64,000 bases of DNA from an uncultured Methylococcaceae bacterium (GCA_964619885.1 CAZUGA010000001.1:64516-128515), one strand, 5' to 3'; positions 1 to 10,345 are shown, numbered from the stretch's first letter. The notes: generated by a model not told the origin, from the letters alone. Numbers and translations: made by a program.

Positions 1-37
1 TCGTGCTGGGTGTGAAGTGATGGGTACTACATTTGAA

Positions 38-64
38 TCAGGATGCGGTTATACCGCACCCTGA
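38..64 (-). terminator. Candidate stem-loop just downstream of the hprA stop
   Basis: Arms tcaggatgcggt (38-49) and accgcaccctga (53-64) pair with one mismatch, 3-nt loop, 15 nt after the stop at 80. The trailing U-tract on the minus strand is weak (ttcaaat). Confidence 0.3.
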
Positions 65-79
65 TGCTAATTAGGATAA

Positions 80-1051
80 TCAGGCAATTTTATCGCGTAA
101 TGGTGTCCCATTGAAAAATGCTTCAACATTTTCCAATACCCGGTTGCCCATCGCGATTCGGGTTTCTAAAGTTGCACTGCCTAGGTGTGGCAGTAGTACC
201 GCGTTTTCCAGACCAAGAAAGCCAGGATCAAGATTTGGCTCACCCTCAAATACGTCCAATCCTGCTCCGGCGATTGTGCCTGCTTTGAGCGCTTGGATAA
301 GGGCTTGATTATCAACGACGTCGCCGCGCGCGGAATTAATCAGATATGCAGTGGGTTTCATCAGAGCCAAGCGTTCAGCGTTGATTAAATGATAGGTTTC
401 AGCGCCGCCAGGGCAGTGCAGTGAAACAAAATCGGCCTTACTCAAAACTTCTTCCGGCGAATCGCACATTTCAGCTTGTAACCCATCGATTACCGATTGC
501 GCGGGTGGATACGGGTCAGTAAAAATAATCTTCATGTCGAATCCGTGATGGGCTTTGTGCGCCATGGCTTGTGCGATTCGTCCCATGCCGATCATGCCCA
601 GAGTCTTGCCGGTAACCTTATTACCCATCATATGAGTGGGGCGCCAACCAGTCCATTCGCCGTGGCGTACATGGCGGTCGCCTTCCATACCCCGGCGTGC
701 GACGGACAACATCAACAGCATGGCAATATCCGCGGTACAATCCGTTAAGACTTCGGGCGTATTGGTCACGACCAGGCCTCGATTTTTGGCTGCTTCGATA
801 TCAATATGATTGAAACCTACCCCAAAGTTGCCAAGTATCTTGCATCGAAGTGGTTCGGCGCTGAGGACGTCCGCGTTGATCGGATCTGTAACTGTGGGTA
901 GAACCGCATCAGCTGACCTTAAAGCTTCTTTCAATTCTTCGGTCGACATTGGACGGTCGTTCTCGTTCAACTGGACTTCAAATAATTCTTTTAAGCGTGT
1001 TTCGACAACTTCCGGCCAGCGGCGTGTCACTATAACTTTAGGTTTGCTCAC
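80..1051 (-). CDS. hprA: D-isomer 2-hydroxyacid dehydrogenase; contextual call hydroxypyruvate reductase (glycerate dehydrogenase)
   Basis: 323-aa ORF with NAD-binding GMIGMGRIA and the NSARG...PHLGSAT catalytic region typical of the family. It lies next to sgaA and divergent from mclA-mtkAB, which is the serine-cycle context. Confidence 0.8.
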   Translation of the reverse strand: MSKPKVIVTRRWPEVVETRLKELFEVQLNENDRPMSTEELKEALRSADAVLPTVTDPINADVLSAEPLRCKILGNFGVGFNHIDIEAAKNRGLVVTNTPEVLTDCTADIAMLLMLSVARRGMEGDRHVRHGEWTGWRPTHMMGNKVTGKTLGMIGMGRIAQAMAHKAHHGFDMKIIFTDPYPPAQSVIDGLQAEMCDSPEEVLSKADFVSLHCPGGAETYHLINAERLALMKPTAYLINSARGDVVDNQALIQALKAGTIAGAGLDVFEGEPNLDPGFLGLENAVLLPHLGSATLETRIAMGNRVLENVEAFFNGTPLRDKIA

Positions 1052-1198
1052 AGTTTTGTTCTCCCGCCCAAAGGGCTTGCAATGTAATCAGATTATTATT
1101 GCTACCGGTTTCGAATCAGCCGATGTTCGCGCCGGGTATAATTGTTAATTACAGACTATCTAAATATATTGGTTGGCGTCAACCGCGTTAAAAGTCTG

Positions 1199-2365
1199 CT
1201 ATGCGGTGGTTCTATAGTATTGCAAGGCTGCTGCAACGCCACTTCCCGCTTTAATGCCAATGCCGCAATCCAATAAGGACATTTCTGTACCACCGATTGC
1301 ACCCAGGCAGCTGACATCATTTAGTGCGCCAAGGTGTCCGATACGGAATACTTTTCCGGCAACTTCTGATAATCCTGCGCCTAGCGAGATGTCATACTTG
1401 TTGTATGCGGTAAGAATTACATCTTGAGCGTTAAAGCCTTCGGGGACCAATATGGCGGATACGGTATCGGAATGCCATTTCGGATCTTTGGCGCATAGCT
1501 TTAAGCCCCAGGCATCGACTGCCCGGCGTACGCCTTCCGCGAGTCGATGGTGGCGTGCGTATACGTTCTCGAGGCCTTCTTCAAGCAGAAGATTTAGAGA
1601 TTCCCGCAGTCCGTGCAGAATCGGTGTCGATGGCGTATAAGGAAAGAATCCATCTTTATTTGTTGCAATATGATCGCGTATATCTAGAAAGCAGCGTGGG
1701 CATTTAGCGGTTTCCTGTGCCGCTAGCGCTTTTTGGCTAAATGCAAGCATTGCGCCGCCAGCTGGGAGCATAAGACCTTTTTGCGATCCGCTAACGGCAA
1801 CATCCACGCCCCATTCGTCCATGCGAAAATCAATGCTGCCAATTGAACTTACGCCGTCAACAAAAAACAGCGCCGGATGACTTGCAGAATTCAAAACCTT
1901 GCGTACACCGCCCATATCACTGGTGACGCCGGTTGCGGTCTCGTTATGGGTTGCCAACACCGCTTTAATGTCATGATTGGTATCGGTTTTTAATGCCGCT
2001 TCCAATCTATCCAGTGGGACACCTTCACCCCATGGCACGTCTTCAAATTGCACATCCAGGCCAATCCGTCGGGCCAACTCCATCCAAAGGTGGCTAAATT
2101 GGCCAAAGCGATAGATTAGAATTTTATCCCCGGGAGACAACGTGTTGGTCAGCGCTATTTCCCATCCTGCGGTGCCGGTGGCCGGGAAAATAAAAGCCTG
2201 TCCTGATTCAGTTTTAAAAATTTTTTTAAGATCTTCCAGTAATGGTTTAACCAGTTTTGGAAAATCCGGAGATCGATGGTCTTCCATCGAAACATGCATT
2301 GCATTGAGTATGGAGTCCGGGATATTTGTCGGACCCGGTACGCACAAATGATTACGCCCCGCCAT
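1199..2365 (-). CDS. sgaA: Serine-glyoxylate aminotransferase (class V aminotransferase)
   Basis: Near-collinear with what I recall of Methylobacterium SgaA (GRNHLxVPGPTNIPD, HNETATGVTS, SGSQKGLMLPAG with the PLP lysine, FRIGHxG). I start at Met32 of the tracked ORF (ATG 2365, preceded by aggaaa); the 31 upstream codons look like a spurious extension. Confidence 0.88.
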   Translation of the reverse strand: MAGRNHLCVPGPTNIPDSILNAMHVSMEDHRSPDFPKLVKPLLEDLKKIFKTESGQAFIFPATGTAGWEIALTNTLSPGDKILIYRFGQFSHLWMELARRIGLDVQFEDVPWGEGVPLDRLEAALKTDTNHDIKAVLATHNETATGVTSDMGGVRKVLNSASHPALFFVDGVSSIGSIDFRMDEWGVDVAVSGSQKGLMLPAGGAMLAFSQKALAAQETAKCPRCFLDIRDHIATNKDGFFPYTPSTPILHGLRESLNLLLEEGLENVYARHHRLAEGVRRAVDAWGLKLCAKDPKWHSDTVSAILVPEGFNAQDVILTAYNKYDISLGAGLSEVAGKVFRIGHLGALNDVSCLGAIGGTEMSLLDCGIGIKAGSGVAAALQYYRTTA

Positions 2366-2883
2366 CAGCTGTTTCCTTATTGAATGTCGTGTATTGTTTA
2401 AACAAAAAGTGACCGTAATTGGATTGATTTTGACGCAATGTATGTCATACCGCGCCAATCTTGCCTAACGGTGCTGTTAATAAAACCGATCATAATAACA
2501 CTCAATTAATTGATCACCAAGGGTCGTGGTTTCGTTAACGTACCTTGCCACGCCCATATTCTTGGGTGTCTTGAACCAGCCTGTTCTGGGTTCTATATAG
2601 TGTCAATTAATTTAGCGGATATAAATATAGAGGGGGTTTAGGTTGACATTTACCAGAGCTAACGTGAGAATATTTTTAACAAAAATTTTTAGATACAATT
2701 CAGCTCGCCTCTGTTTGCTCTAATTTTGTCAGATTTGCGGGGCTGTGAAACAGCCGTTTCCGGTATGTGCGCATGTCTTCCTCGCTGTATTTTTGTATTG
2801 TGGGAATCTGAACAGTTTTACCCGGTATGCTGAATGGATTATTTTTTTATAACGATTTTTCAACAAGCAAAGAGTAGAAAACC

Positions 2884-3828
2884 ATGAGTCATACTAGATA
2901 TGAGCCCGCAACACCGCGGGTGCAACGTAGTGAATTAGCTGTGCCGGGCTCCAACCCGGATATGTTTGAAAAAGCATTAACCAGCGGTGTTGATTTTGTT
3001 TTTTTAGACTTGGAGGATGCTGTTGCGCCCGACGATAAATTAACCGCTCGCAAAAACATTATTGAAGCGCTTAACGATCTTGATTGGAGAGGTCATGGCA
3101 TCACTATGTCGATCCGAATCAACGGTATTGATACCCATTATATGTACCGCGATGTAGTTGATATCGTTGAGCAGGCGGGACAGAATCTGGATACCATTTT
3201 AATTCCCAAAACCGGGGCGCCGGGGGATGTTTATATGGTCGATGCGATGGTTACCCAAATCGAGGAAGCGGTTGGACTGAAGCATAAAATTGGTATTGAA
3301 TGTCTTATCGAAACGGCTTTGGGCATGGCCAATGTAGAAGCTATTGCAACTTCCAGCTCGCGGCTCGAAGCACTGCATTTCGGCGTAGCTGATTATGCTG
3401 CCAGCAACCGGGCACGGACGACCAATATTGGCGGACTAAATCCGGATTATCCTGGTGATCAATGGCACGCGGCACTGACCCGTATGACCGTTGCTTGCCG
3501 AGCTTTTGGTCTCAGACCCATAGACGGCCCATTTGGCGATTTTAATGACCCTGATGGTTATATGCTGGCTGCCAGACGTGCTGCAGCGCTCGGATTGGAA
3601 GGCAAATGGGCGATCCATCCTTCGCAGGTGGCGCTGGCTAACGACGTGTTCTCGCCTCCACCGGCTGAGGTCGATAAAGCCAAACGTATTTTGATTGCAC
3701 TCGAAGAAGCTGCGGCTCAGGGTAAAGGTGCCGCTTCATTGGACGGTAGATTGATCGACGCCGCCTCCGCGCGTATGGCTGAGAACGTTGTTCGGTCTGC
3801 TGAAGCAATCGCCGCGAAATCAAATTAG
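2884..3828 (+). CDS. mclA: Malyl-CoA lyase (HpcH/HpaI aldolase/citrate-lyase family)
   Basis: 314 aa. Strings such as RSELAVPGSNP, FLDLEDAVAPDDK, HYMYRDVVDIVE, LIETALGMANVEAIATSS and GKWAIHPSQ match recalled MclA almost residue for residue. Immediately followed by mtkAB. Confidence 0.93.
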   Translation: MSHTRYEPATPRVQRSELAVPGSNPDMFEKALTSGVDFVFLDLEDAVAPDDKLTARKNIIEALNDLDWRGHGITMSIRINGIDTHYMYRDVVDIVEQAGQNLDTILIPKTGAPGDVYMVDAMVTQIEEAVGLKHKIGIECLIETALGMANVEAIATSSSRLEALHFGVADYAASNRARTTNIGGLNPDYPGDQWHAALTRMTVACRAFGLRPIDGPFGDFNDPDGYMLAARRAAALGLEGKWAIHPSQVALANDVFSPPPAEVDKAKRILIALEEAAAQGKGAASLDGRLIDAASARMAENVVRSAEAIAAKSN

Positions 3829-3980
3829 ATTTTTTCTATTTACTAATTAAGTGTGATCGTCCTTCTTGCCTCACTTAGTCCTTCGTTAAGCGCCAGACGA
3901 TAGCGTCTGGTTAATTTTGCAGGGATTAGTGTTGAGGCGCGAGGCGTCACTAAATATTTTAACGATATTGGGAGGATGCT

Positions 3981-5159
3981 GTGGATATCCACGAGTATCA
4001 AGCAAAAGAAATATTGGCCGATTATGGTGTGCCCATCGCGAAAGGCGGGTTGGCGTATAGTCCCGAGCAAGCGGTATATAGAGCCAAAGAGATTGGCGGT
4101 GAGGTTTGGGCTGTAAAAGCGCAGATTCATTCAGGCGCGCGCGGCAAGGCCGGAGGCGTCAAGATTTGTAAGACAGATGATGAGCTGTATGCGGCTGCAG
4201 ATGATATGTTGGGCAGAAAGTTGGTGACGCACCAAACTGGCCCCCAGGGTAAGATTTGTTCCAGGTTGTATATCGAATCAGGCACTGCGATCGATCGGGA
4301 ATTGTATTTTAGTATTGTGGTCGACAGAGAGCGCGAGCGTATCGTAATTATTGCGTCTGCCGAGGGCGGTATGGAGATTGAAGAGCTGGCCGAGAACAGA
4401 CCCGATGCGATCATGAAGGTTTACGTCGAGCCTGCTGTTGGTCTACAAAGCTTTCAAGCGCGTGAATTGGCGTTTGGTTTGGGATTTCCGACTAAGATGG
4501 TGAGCCAAGCGGTTGCAGCATTCAAGGGTTGTTACAGGGCATTGCGCGATCTGGATGCCAATATGCTGGAAATCAACCCGTTGGTGATCACCAAAGATGA
4601 AACCTTGGTCGCGTTAGACGCGAAGATGGGTTTTGACGATAACGCATTGTATCGCCAGCAACGTATCGCGGAGTTGCGCGATAAGTCTCAAGAAGATCCG
4701 CGTGAATCGGCTGCGTCAGATCGTGGTCTGAGTTATGTGGGTTTGGATGGTGACATTGGCTGCATGATTAATGGTGCCGGTTTGGCCATGGCTAGCATGG
4801 ATATGATCAAACTGGCCGGCGGCGAACCTGCTAATTTCCTCGACGTGGGTGGTGGTGCTTCGCCGGAACGAGTGGAAAAAGCATTTCGATTGGTATTAGC
4901 TGATGAAGGTGTAAAAGCCATGTTGGTCAATATCTTCGCCGGAATTAATCGCTGTGATTGGATCGCCGAGGGTGTGGTACAAGCGGTGAATAAAATAGAT
5001 ATGAAAATACCCTTGATTGTTCGCCTTTCCGGAACCAACGTTGAAGAAGGCCGGAAAATAATCGCCGAAAGTGGTTTACCGATCATTACCGCCGAAACTT
5101 TGGCGGAAGCGGCGGAAAAAGCGGTAGCTGCTCGTAACGAAGCAGTCGGACAGGCATAG
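3981..5159 (+). CDS. mtkA: Malate thiokinase large (beta, ATP-grasp) subunit
   Basis: 392 aa with a GTG start. Succinyl-CoA-synthetase-beta fold ([54 protein letters not shown]). Called mtkA rather than sucC because it sits directly after mclA in a serine-cycle cluster. Confidence 0.85.
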   Translation: MDIHEYQAKEILADYGVPIAKGGLAYSPEQAVYRAKEIGGEVWAVKAQIHSGARGKAGGVKICKTDDELYAAADDMLGRKLVTHQTGPQGKICSRLYIESGTAIDRELYFSIVVDRERERIVIIASAEGGMEIEELAENRPDAIMKVYVEPAVGLQSFQARELAFGLGFPTKMVSQAVAAFKGCYRALRDLDANMLEINPLVITKDETLVALDAKMGFDDNALYRQQRIAELRDKSQEDPRESAASDRGLSYVGLDGDIGCMINGAGLAMASMDMIKLAGGEPANFLDVGGGASPERVEKAFRLVLADEGVKAMLVNIFAGINRCDWIAEGVVQAVNKIDMKIPLIVRLSGTNVEEGRKIIAESGLPIITAETLAEAAEKAVAARNEAVGQA

Positions 5160-5170
5160 GGGGATTTATC

Positions 5171-6061
5171 ATGGCTATCATGGTTGACGAAACAACACGT
5201 ATTATCGTGCAGGGTTTTACCGGAAAAATCGGAACCTTTCACGCGCAGGATATGATGAACTACGGGTCCAACGTTGTTGGCGGCGTAACGCCGGGCAAAG
5301 GTGGCGAGACCCATTTGGGAAAACCGGTTTTCAATACGGTTAAAGATGCTGTAAATCAAGCCGGCGCAGAAGCGAGTATCATTTTTGTACCACCACCGTT
5401 CGCTGCTGATTCCATCATGGAAGCAGCCGAAGCAGGCATTAAGGTTTGCGTTGCGATTACCGATGGTATTCCTACACAAGATATGATGCGGGTCAAACGT
5501 TATATGCGCGGATTCAAAAAAGAGGATCGTATGCGCTTGACCGGGCCTAACTGTGCTGGAACGATCAGTCCGGAACGCGCTATGCTCGGTATTATGCCAG
5601 GACATATTTACCAGCGTGGTTCGGTTGGCGTGGTCGGTCGGTCCGGAACTCTTGGTTACGAGGCGGCGTCGCAGATGAAAGAACTAGGAATCGGCATTAC
5701 CACTTCGGTGGGAATTGGTGGAGATCCGATCAATGGTAGTTCGCACAAAGATGTTTTGGAACTGTTCGAACAAGACCCCGAAACCAAAGCGATTATGATG
5801 ATCGGTGAAATTGGTGGACCTCAGGAAGTTGAAGCGGGCCGCTTTGCGCAAGAGAATTTGACCAAGCCGGTTGTTGCGTATATCGCTGGACTGACAGCAC
5901 CTAAAGGTCGCCGTATGGGGCACGCCGGGGCTATCGTTTCATCGTCGGGCGAAACTGCGGCGGAAAAGGTTCAAATACTGCAGGAATGTGGTGTGACAAT
6001 TGCGCCAAATCCATCTGAATTGGGTTCAACCATGGCGAAAGTTTTGGCCGACGCGGGTTAA
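5171..6061 (+). CDS. mtkB: Malate thiokinase small (alpha, CoA-binding) subunit
   Basis: 296 aa. SucD-like (IVQGFTGK, GPNCAGTISP, the phosphohistidine loop MGHAGAIV). It starts 12 nt after mtkA. Confidence 0.85.
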   Translation: MAIMVDETTRIIVQGFTGKIGTFHAQDMMNYGSNVVGGVTPGKGGETHLGKPVFNTVKDAVNQAGAEASIIFVPPPFAADSIMEAAEAGIKVCVAITDGIPTQDMMRVKRYMRGFKKEDRMRLTGPNCAGTISPERAMLGIMPGHIYQRGSVGVVGRSGTLGYEAASQMKELGIGITTSVGIGGDPINGSSHKDVLELFEQDPETKAIMMIGEIGGPQEVEAGRFAQENLTKPVVAYIAGLTAPKGRRMGHAGAIVSSSGETAAEKVQILQECGVTIAPNPSELGSTMAKVLADAG

Positions 6062-6163
6062 CCAACGGAAATTCGGCGCTTATCGTGCCGTATTATCGAT
6101 ACTCCGTAATTATCGGTTGAAGGTTCCACGTCAATGTACTGCGTCGTAGTATATTGATCAATA

Positions 6164-6205
6164 GGCGGTAGCCGGGTTAAGCCCGCTATCGCCTGTTTTT
6201 GTTTT
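6164..6205 (+). terminator. Rho-independent terminator after mtkB
   Basis: GC-rich hairpin ggcggtagccggg / cccgctatcgcc (one bulge, one G-U pair) followed by tgtttttgtttt. Confidence 0.6.
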
Positions 6206-6224
6206 AGCAACGAGGTAATGTTTT

Positions 6225-6725
6225 ATGGCCGAGATCACGTTGAAGGGCAATGTAACGCATACTAGCGGGGAATTGCCCGACGTGGGTGTCGACGCGCCAG
6301 ACTTTGTATTGGTTAATGCTAAGCTGGCTGACGTCACATTGGCGATATTTGACGGTAAAAAGAAACTGCTGAATATCGTACCCAGTTTGGATACACCGAC
6401 TTGCGCAATTTCTACCCGTAAATTTAATGAAAAGGCCGGGCAGATTAATGATGCTGTGGTCCTGGTGGTTTCTGCAGATCTTCCATTCGCGCAGGGCCGC
6501 TTTTGTCAGGCCGAGGGATTAAAAAATGTAATCCCGTTATCGACCATGCGCTCGGGCGATTTTGCCAAAGATTATGGCGTACTTATTGAGGATGGTCCGT
6601 TAAAAGGATTAACCTGCCGCGCGGTTGTCGTGATCGATAGGGATAACCGAATTGGGTATACCCAAATGGTTAACGAAATCGCCGACGAGCCGGACTACGA
6701 GTCGGCGCTGGCAGCGCTAACATGA
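6225..6725 (+). CDS. tpx: Thiol peroxidase (atypical 2-Cys peroxiredoxin)
   Basis: 166 aa, collinear with recalled E. coli Tpx (PSLDTPTCA peroxidatic Cys, SADLPFAQGRFC, GPLKGLxxRAVVVID, EPDYE). Confidence 0.92.
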   Translation: MAEITLKGNVTHTSGELPDVGVDAPDFVLVNAKLADVTLAIFDGKKKLLNIVPSLDTPTCAISTRKFNEKAGQINDAVVLVVSADLPFAQGRFCQAEGLKNVIPLSTMRSGDFAKDYGVLIEDGPLKGLTCRAVVVIDRDNRIGYTQMVNEIADEPDYESALAALT

Positions 6726-6974
6726 TTGTTTTATTAGCTTGCACCGACTATCGAAAAACAACCAATTTAATTTGAATTCCCCCCGTTCTGCGATATTTTA
6801 GACCGGGTGCGAGAATAATATCCCTAAAAATTGATTGCCAATTGTGGCCGAAATTTTTATCATTGGCTGTTAAATTTTTTAATGCATCAGAATTAGATCG
6901 ATCAGCGGCAGATTTCGATCATCAATGGTTCTATGACGATTTTCAATTTCTATACAATAATTAAGGAGATATAA

Positions 6975-8198
6975 ATGTCCGTTTATCCACCGCTAGAAAT
7001 CCCAAATACCCTAGCAGCAGGTCCTGGGCCAGGCAATACTGACCCGAGAGTACTTGAGCGTTTTGCCCAAACAGGGGTTGCCGACCATATGCAAAAAGAT
7101 GTGCTTCGCGGTATGGTTGAAGCCAAAGAAATGCTGCGTACGGCGTTCGGAACCAAAAACAAATATACCTATGGTGTCGGCGGAACTGGATTTAGCGGAC
7201 TGGATTGCGTGTTCAGCATGATCCTTCCGGGCGATAAAGTCGTCGCATTTACCAACGGTACGTTCAGCGGTATTGATGGCCTGACCATTCGCATGAAAGC
7301 GTCGACTCGTGAAGAGTTGGCCGCCGATTCCCTAAACCCGCAACCGGCTAGTGTAACGATTGTCGATGTTCCCCATGGACAGTCCGTTTCTGGCGATATT
7401 GTCGATGCGGAACTAGGCAAGCACAAGCCGATGTGGGCGTTTATGGCCCATTGGGAAACCGGTAGTGGCCGCATCAATGATTTGAAAGGTTTCAATGACG
7501 CTTGCGCAAAACACGGTGTTATGGGAATCGTTGACGTTGTTTCCAGTTTGGGTGTCGCTGACTACGATATCGATGATTATCCAGCCATCGCTGCTTGGGC
7601 CTCTTGCCCACAGAAGGGTGTCTTGAGTTTGCCTCTAACGTACGCTCCGGTCAGCTTTACCGATCAAGCGATCGATGTTGTGCGCCAACGCGGTTGCTAC
7701 ACTTACGTTCACCATCCCATTTTGGAAGCACGCCACTGGGGTGTTGTCGATGGGGAAGACGTTGCTGCGGGTGGTTACCATCGTACCCATTCGGGTTACG
7801 CGATTGCAGCGTTCCACGAAGCGCTTCGTATTTTGTTAACCTACGGACGGGCGCAAAAGGCGGCGGATTACGAATACCATGAAAAAGCCCTAAGAAGCTC
7901 GGTGCAAGCCATGGGTTGCGAAGTCACGTCAAACATGACCAGTTTGGTTGTATTGAATTTACCTGGTGCGCTTGCCGGCAAAGAAAAAGATTTGGTCGGC
8001 GGATGCCGTGCCGAAGGTTTCGGTATTTGGCCTACCTTGTCCGAGCCGGTTCAGGTTCGTATCGGTATTTTGAATCAATTAACCGTTGAGGCAATCACCG
8101 ATATCGTTGGTCGTTTTGCCGACGCGATGTTGAAAATGGGCGCCCAATTCGACAAAGATCAAATTATGAATGATTTGAAAGCGTATTACGCTGGCTAA
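6975..8198 (+). CDS. Second class V (AGXT-family) aminotransferase; substrate unknown
   Basis: 407 aa with an aaggaga SD 6 nt upstream. Shows GPGPGN near the N-terminus and SCPQKGVLS as the candidate PLP-lysine motif. A distant paralogue of sgaA rather than a copy. Confidence 0.7.
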   Translation: MSVYPPLEIPNTLAAGPGPGNTDPRVLERFAQTGVADHMQKDVLRGMVEAKEMLRTAFGTKNKYTYGVGGTGFSGLDCVFSMILPGDKVVAFTNGTFSGIDGLTIRMKASTREELAADSLNPQPASVTIVDVPHGQSVSGDIVDAELGKHKPMWAFMAHWETGSGRINDLKGFNDACAKHGVMGIVDVVSSLGVADYDIDDYPAIAAWASCPQKGVLSLPLTYAPVSFTDQAIDVVRQRGCYTYVHHPILEARHWGVVDGEDVAAGGYHRTHSGYAIAAFHEALRILLTYGRAQKAADYEYHEKALRSSVQAMGCEVTSNMTSLVVLNLPGALAGKEKDLVGGCRAEGFGIWPTLSEPVQVRIGILNQLTVEAITDIVGRFADAMLKMGAQFDKDQIMNDLKAYYAG

Positions 8199-8212
8199 GT
8201 CGAGCCAAACTC

Positions 8213-8249
8213 AAAAAAAGCGCTGGCGCGAATGCCCAGCGCTTTTTTT
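8213..8249. terminator. Bidirectional Rho-independent terminator
   Basis: An A-run (8213-8219), then stem agcgctgg / ccagcgct with a 9-nt loop, then a 7-T run. It sits between the convergent aminotransferase and the UPF0104 gene. Confidence 0.75.
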
Positions 8250-8357
8250 GTGCTCTAAAGAAGTTAATCGTGATTGAGACTTGCCGAGTTTGGGTTTTGA
8301 AGTTGTCTTTTGGAAACAGGTTTAATGGCGAAAGACGCTTTGCTTGTCCACCCTACT

Positions 8358-9299
8358 TTATGTCGGTTTATCAACGGACAGGGGGCTGGTGCGTAATAGA
8401 TGGATACCGCCGGGTAATGCGGCGATTAGATTGAATGTGCCGTAAATGACTGAGATTGATACGATCATTTCCGGGCTCATGCCTTGGGCGCCTAAAATTA
8501 GCAGTGCGGCGGCTTCGCGGGTACCCCAGTCGGCGATGGCCAACGGGAGTAGGGTTGTTGCGGTCAGGACCAATGGTACGGCGATTAATACGCTAAAGGT
8601 GTCGTCCAATGCGCTCAATCCGATTGCCGCTAATAAGAAATTGAAGATAAGAGCTGCTTGGATAAGCAGAGAAACTGCATAATGCTTGGGCGATTTATGT
8701 GGGTTTAGGATGCGAAGTTGTTTTCGAAAACGCCGCAACAGCCATTTTCGGTATCGGTAAAGGAAGCTGCTGCCGACCACGATAATAGCCAGCGTATAGG
8801 CATGTACAGGGTTGGTCGAATCGGGTAGGTTTGAATTATTGCCGAAAAGGTAAATGGGAATCGCGGCTAACGCGATGGCAAACAATACCACCTGACCGGA
8901 GACGCGATCGAGTATTTGGCTGCTGATTATTTGGCTGGTTTTCGCTTTTCCGCGCAGGCTCTGGAATCGTGTAATTTCGGAGATGACAATGGTTGGACCA
9001 AATTGTCCCAGGAAGCCGGCCAACCAAACCGTCGCCAGCATCTTTTCAAAGGGTGGGCGGAAACCGAGTTGTGTTGAAATCAATTGCCAGCGCAGCGCGA
9101 ACAGCGCGAACAGCAAACAATTAACCGCGAGCATGATTGCACCTATTCGAAGGTCGAAATGGCTGATGAGCGAACTTATTTTCTGTGTATCCAGCCGGGT
9201 TAATATTATCGCCAACAGTGAAACGGTGATTAGCAGTCTAGACGACGGGCGATCTGTCAGGGCTTTAAACCGCTGTAATATGGACGCGGCTAGAGGCAT
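8358..9299 (-). CDS. Polytopic membrane protein, lysylphosphatidylglycerol-synthase-TM / UPF0104 (flippase-like) family
   Basis: About 313 aa from MPLAASILQRF. It has multiple hydrophobic spans and a WGTREAAA-type C-terminal motif I associate with this family. The start overlaps the GT4 stop by 10 nt; the tracked 54-codon upstream extension runs antisense-free through the GT4 3' end and is rejected. Confidence 0.6.
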   Translation of the reverse strand: MPLAASILQRFKALTDRPSSRLLITVSLLAIILTRLDTQKISSLISHFDLRIGAIMLAVNCLLFALFALRWQLISTQLGFRPPFEKMLATVWLAGFLGQFGPTIVISEITRFQSLRGKAKTSQIISSQILDRVSGQVVLFAIALAAIPIYLFGNNSNLPDSTNPVHAYTLAIIVVGSSFLYRYRKWLLRRFRKQLRILNPHKSPKHYAVSLLIQAALIFNFLLAAIGLSALDDTFSVLIAVPLVLTATTLLPLAIADWGTREAAALLILGAQGMSPEMIVSISVIYGTFNLIAALPGGIHLLRTSPLSVDKPT

Positions 9300-10345
9300 T
9301 GCCCGGCTCCCAATTCTTGAGCAACCCGGCAGGTAGACGCAAAATCGTCGAAACTTTGCGCCCAAGTGCGGCTGCGCGTTTCGCGTACCTTCGATTTGAT
9401 GGCTGCGAGGCGTTCTGGCGCATCGATCAATTCTGCGAGGTGTTGTGTGTATACATCGCATTGGCCCAACGGGACGAGAAAACCGTTTCGGCCATGATCG
9501 ATCAAACGCGAGGCTTCGCCAACCTGAGTCGTAATCACCGCGAGTCCGCTGGCCACAGCTTCTGCCATGGCCATGCCGTAGGATTCAAAGTAACTGGCGG
9601 ATAAAAAAATATCCATTTTTGCCATCAATTTGGCCAACGCCGCTTGGTTGGGCACTTGGGGTCTAAAAATGCGCTTAGCGAGGCCCAAATGATCTACGCG
9701 CGAAAGCAGGGTTTCGCTGTGCGGGGGATCGGTAACATCTTCACCCACCCAGTACCATTGCCAGTTTCGATCTTGCAGATTATTGAGTATTTCCAGTAAA
9801 AATTCATAACCTTTGGCCGGGACGTAGTTGGCCACGGTGATCAGCTGAATTTCAACCCCTGATTTTGCACTGGGTTTTTCGATGGTGGTGGTTTTAAATA
9901 CTGAACTGACCCCGGGTTCGCAAAGTCTTATTAATTTATCCGGGTAGCGGTGTTGCAGCAGTTCTCGCATTGTTTTCCCGGTGCAGATAATAAATTGCAT
10001 TGAATCGATAACGCGGTTTTCAAGACGACGGCTTGCGGTGCGGCCTTTTTCATCGATCTGCGGGTTGGTCGATGGAAGATAGTGTAGCAATAATCCAAGT
10101 CTTGCTGTGTGGGGTAAATTAGGCAACTGCTCAGGCGAAAATGCCAGTAGGCTATCGATTATTACCAGCTGATCAGGTGTCCTACTAATATTACCCAAAT
10201 TGCTGGACGTAAAACAATTAGTTGACAGCGGCACAGATTGTAGGGGGTAACCGCGATGTTCAGCTTGTTCGATGATGCACCGGTTATAGGTATGGCCGCC
10301 GCTGGGCGGTCCATCGAAGGGTGGGTGTATCAATAGCGTAGACAT
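9290..10345 (-). CDS. Glycosyltransferase, GT4 (GT-B, retaining) family
   Basis: 351 aa. The C-terminal half carries the E-x7-E region (ASYFESYGMAMAEAVASGLAVITT...GFLVP). Confidence 0.8.
   Translation of the reverse strand: MSTLLIHPPFDGPPSGGHTYNRCIIEQAEHRGYPLQSVPLSTNCFTSSNLGNISRTPDQLVIIDSLLAFSPEQLPNLPHTARLGLLLHYLPSTNPQIDEKGRTASRRLENRVIDSMQFIICTGKTMRELLQHRYPDKLIRLCEPGVSSVFKTTTIEKPSAKSGVEIQLITVANYVPAKGYEFLLEILNNLQDRNWQWYWVGEDVTDPPHSETLLSRVDHLGLAKRIFRPQVPNQAALAKLMAKMDIFLSASYFESYGMAMAEAVASGLAVITTQVGEASRLIDHGRNGFLVPLGQCDVYTQHLAELIDAPERLAAIKSKVRETRSRTWAQSFDDFASTCRVAQELGAGQCL

Noticed and set aside
2366-2458. 31-codon N-terminal extension of the sgaA ORF
   Set aside because: Homology begins at MAGRNHLCVPGPTNIP. 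That Met has an SD-like aggaaa upstream, and the extension has no counterpart in recalled SgaA sequences.
4733-5605. 290-aa ORF antisense to mtkA/mtkB
   Set aside because: This is a shadow ORF on the opposite strand of two strongly supported genes. Its translation is low-complexity (Ser/Ala/Arg-rich) with no recognisable motifs. The same reasoning applies to the other antisense ORFs inside sgaA, the aminotransferase, fdh, xoxF, ndvB-like and the 1227-aa gene.
3981-6061. Calling these genes succinyl-CoA synthetase (sucCD)
   Set aside because: The fold is the same. However, the genes directly follow malyl-CoA lyase in a serine-cycle cluster with no sdh or suc genes nearby, and they closely resemble recalled MtkA/MtkB. 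Malate thiokinase is the better call, though only enzymology can separate the two.
9300-9461. 54-codon N-terminal extension of the UPF0104 membrane protein ORF
   Set aside because: It overlaps the 3' end of the GT4 gene in another frame and is Arg/Cys/His-rich. The hydrophobic membrane protein clearly begins at MPLAASIL, which is translationally coupled to the GT4 stop.
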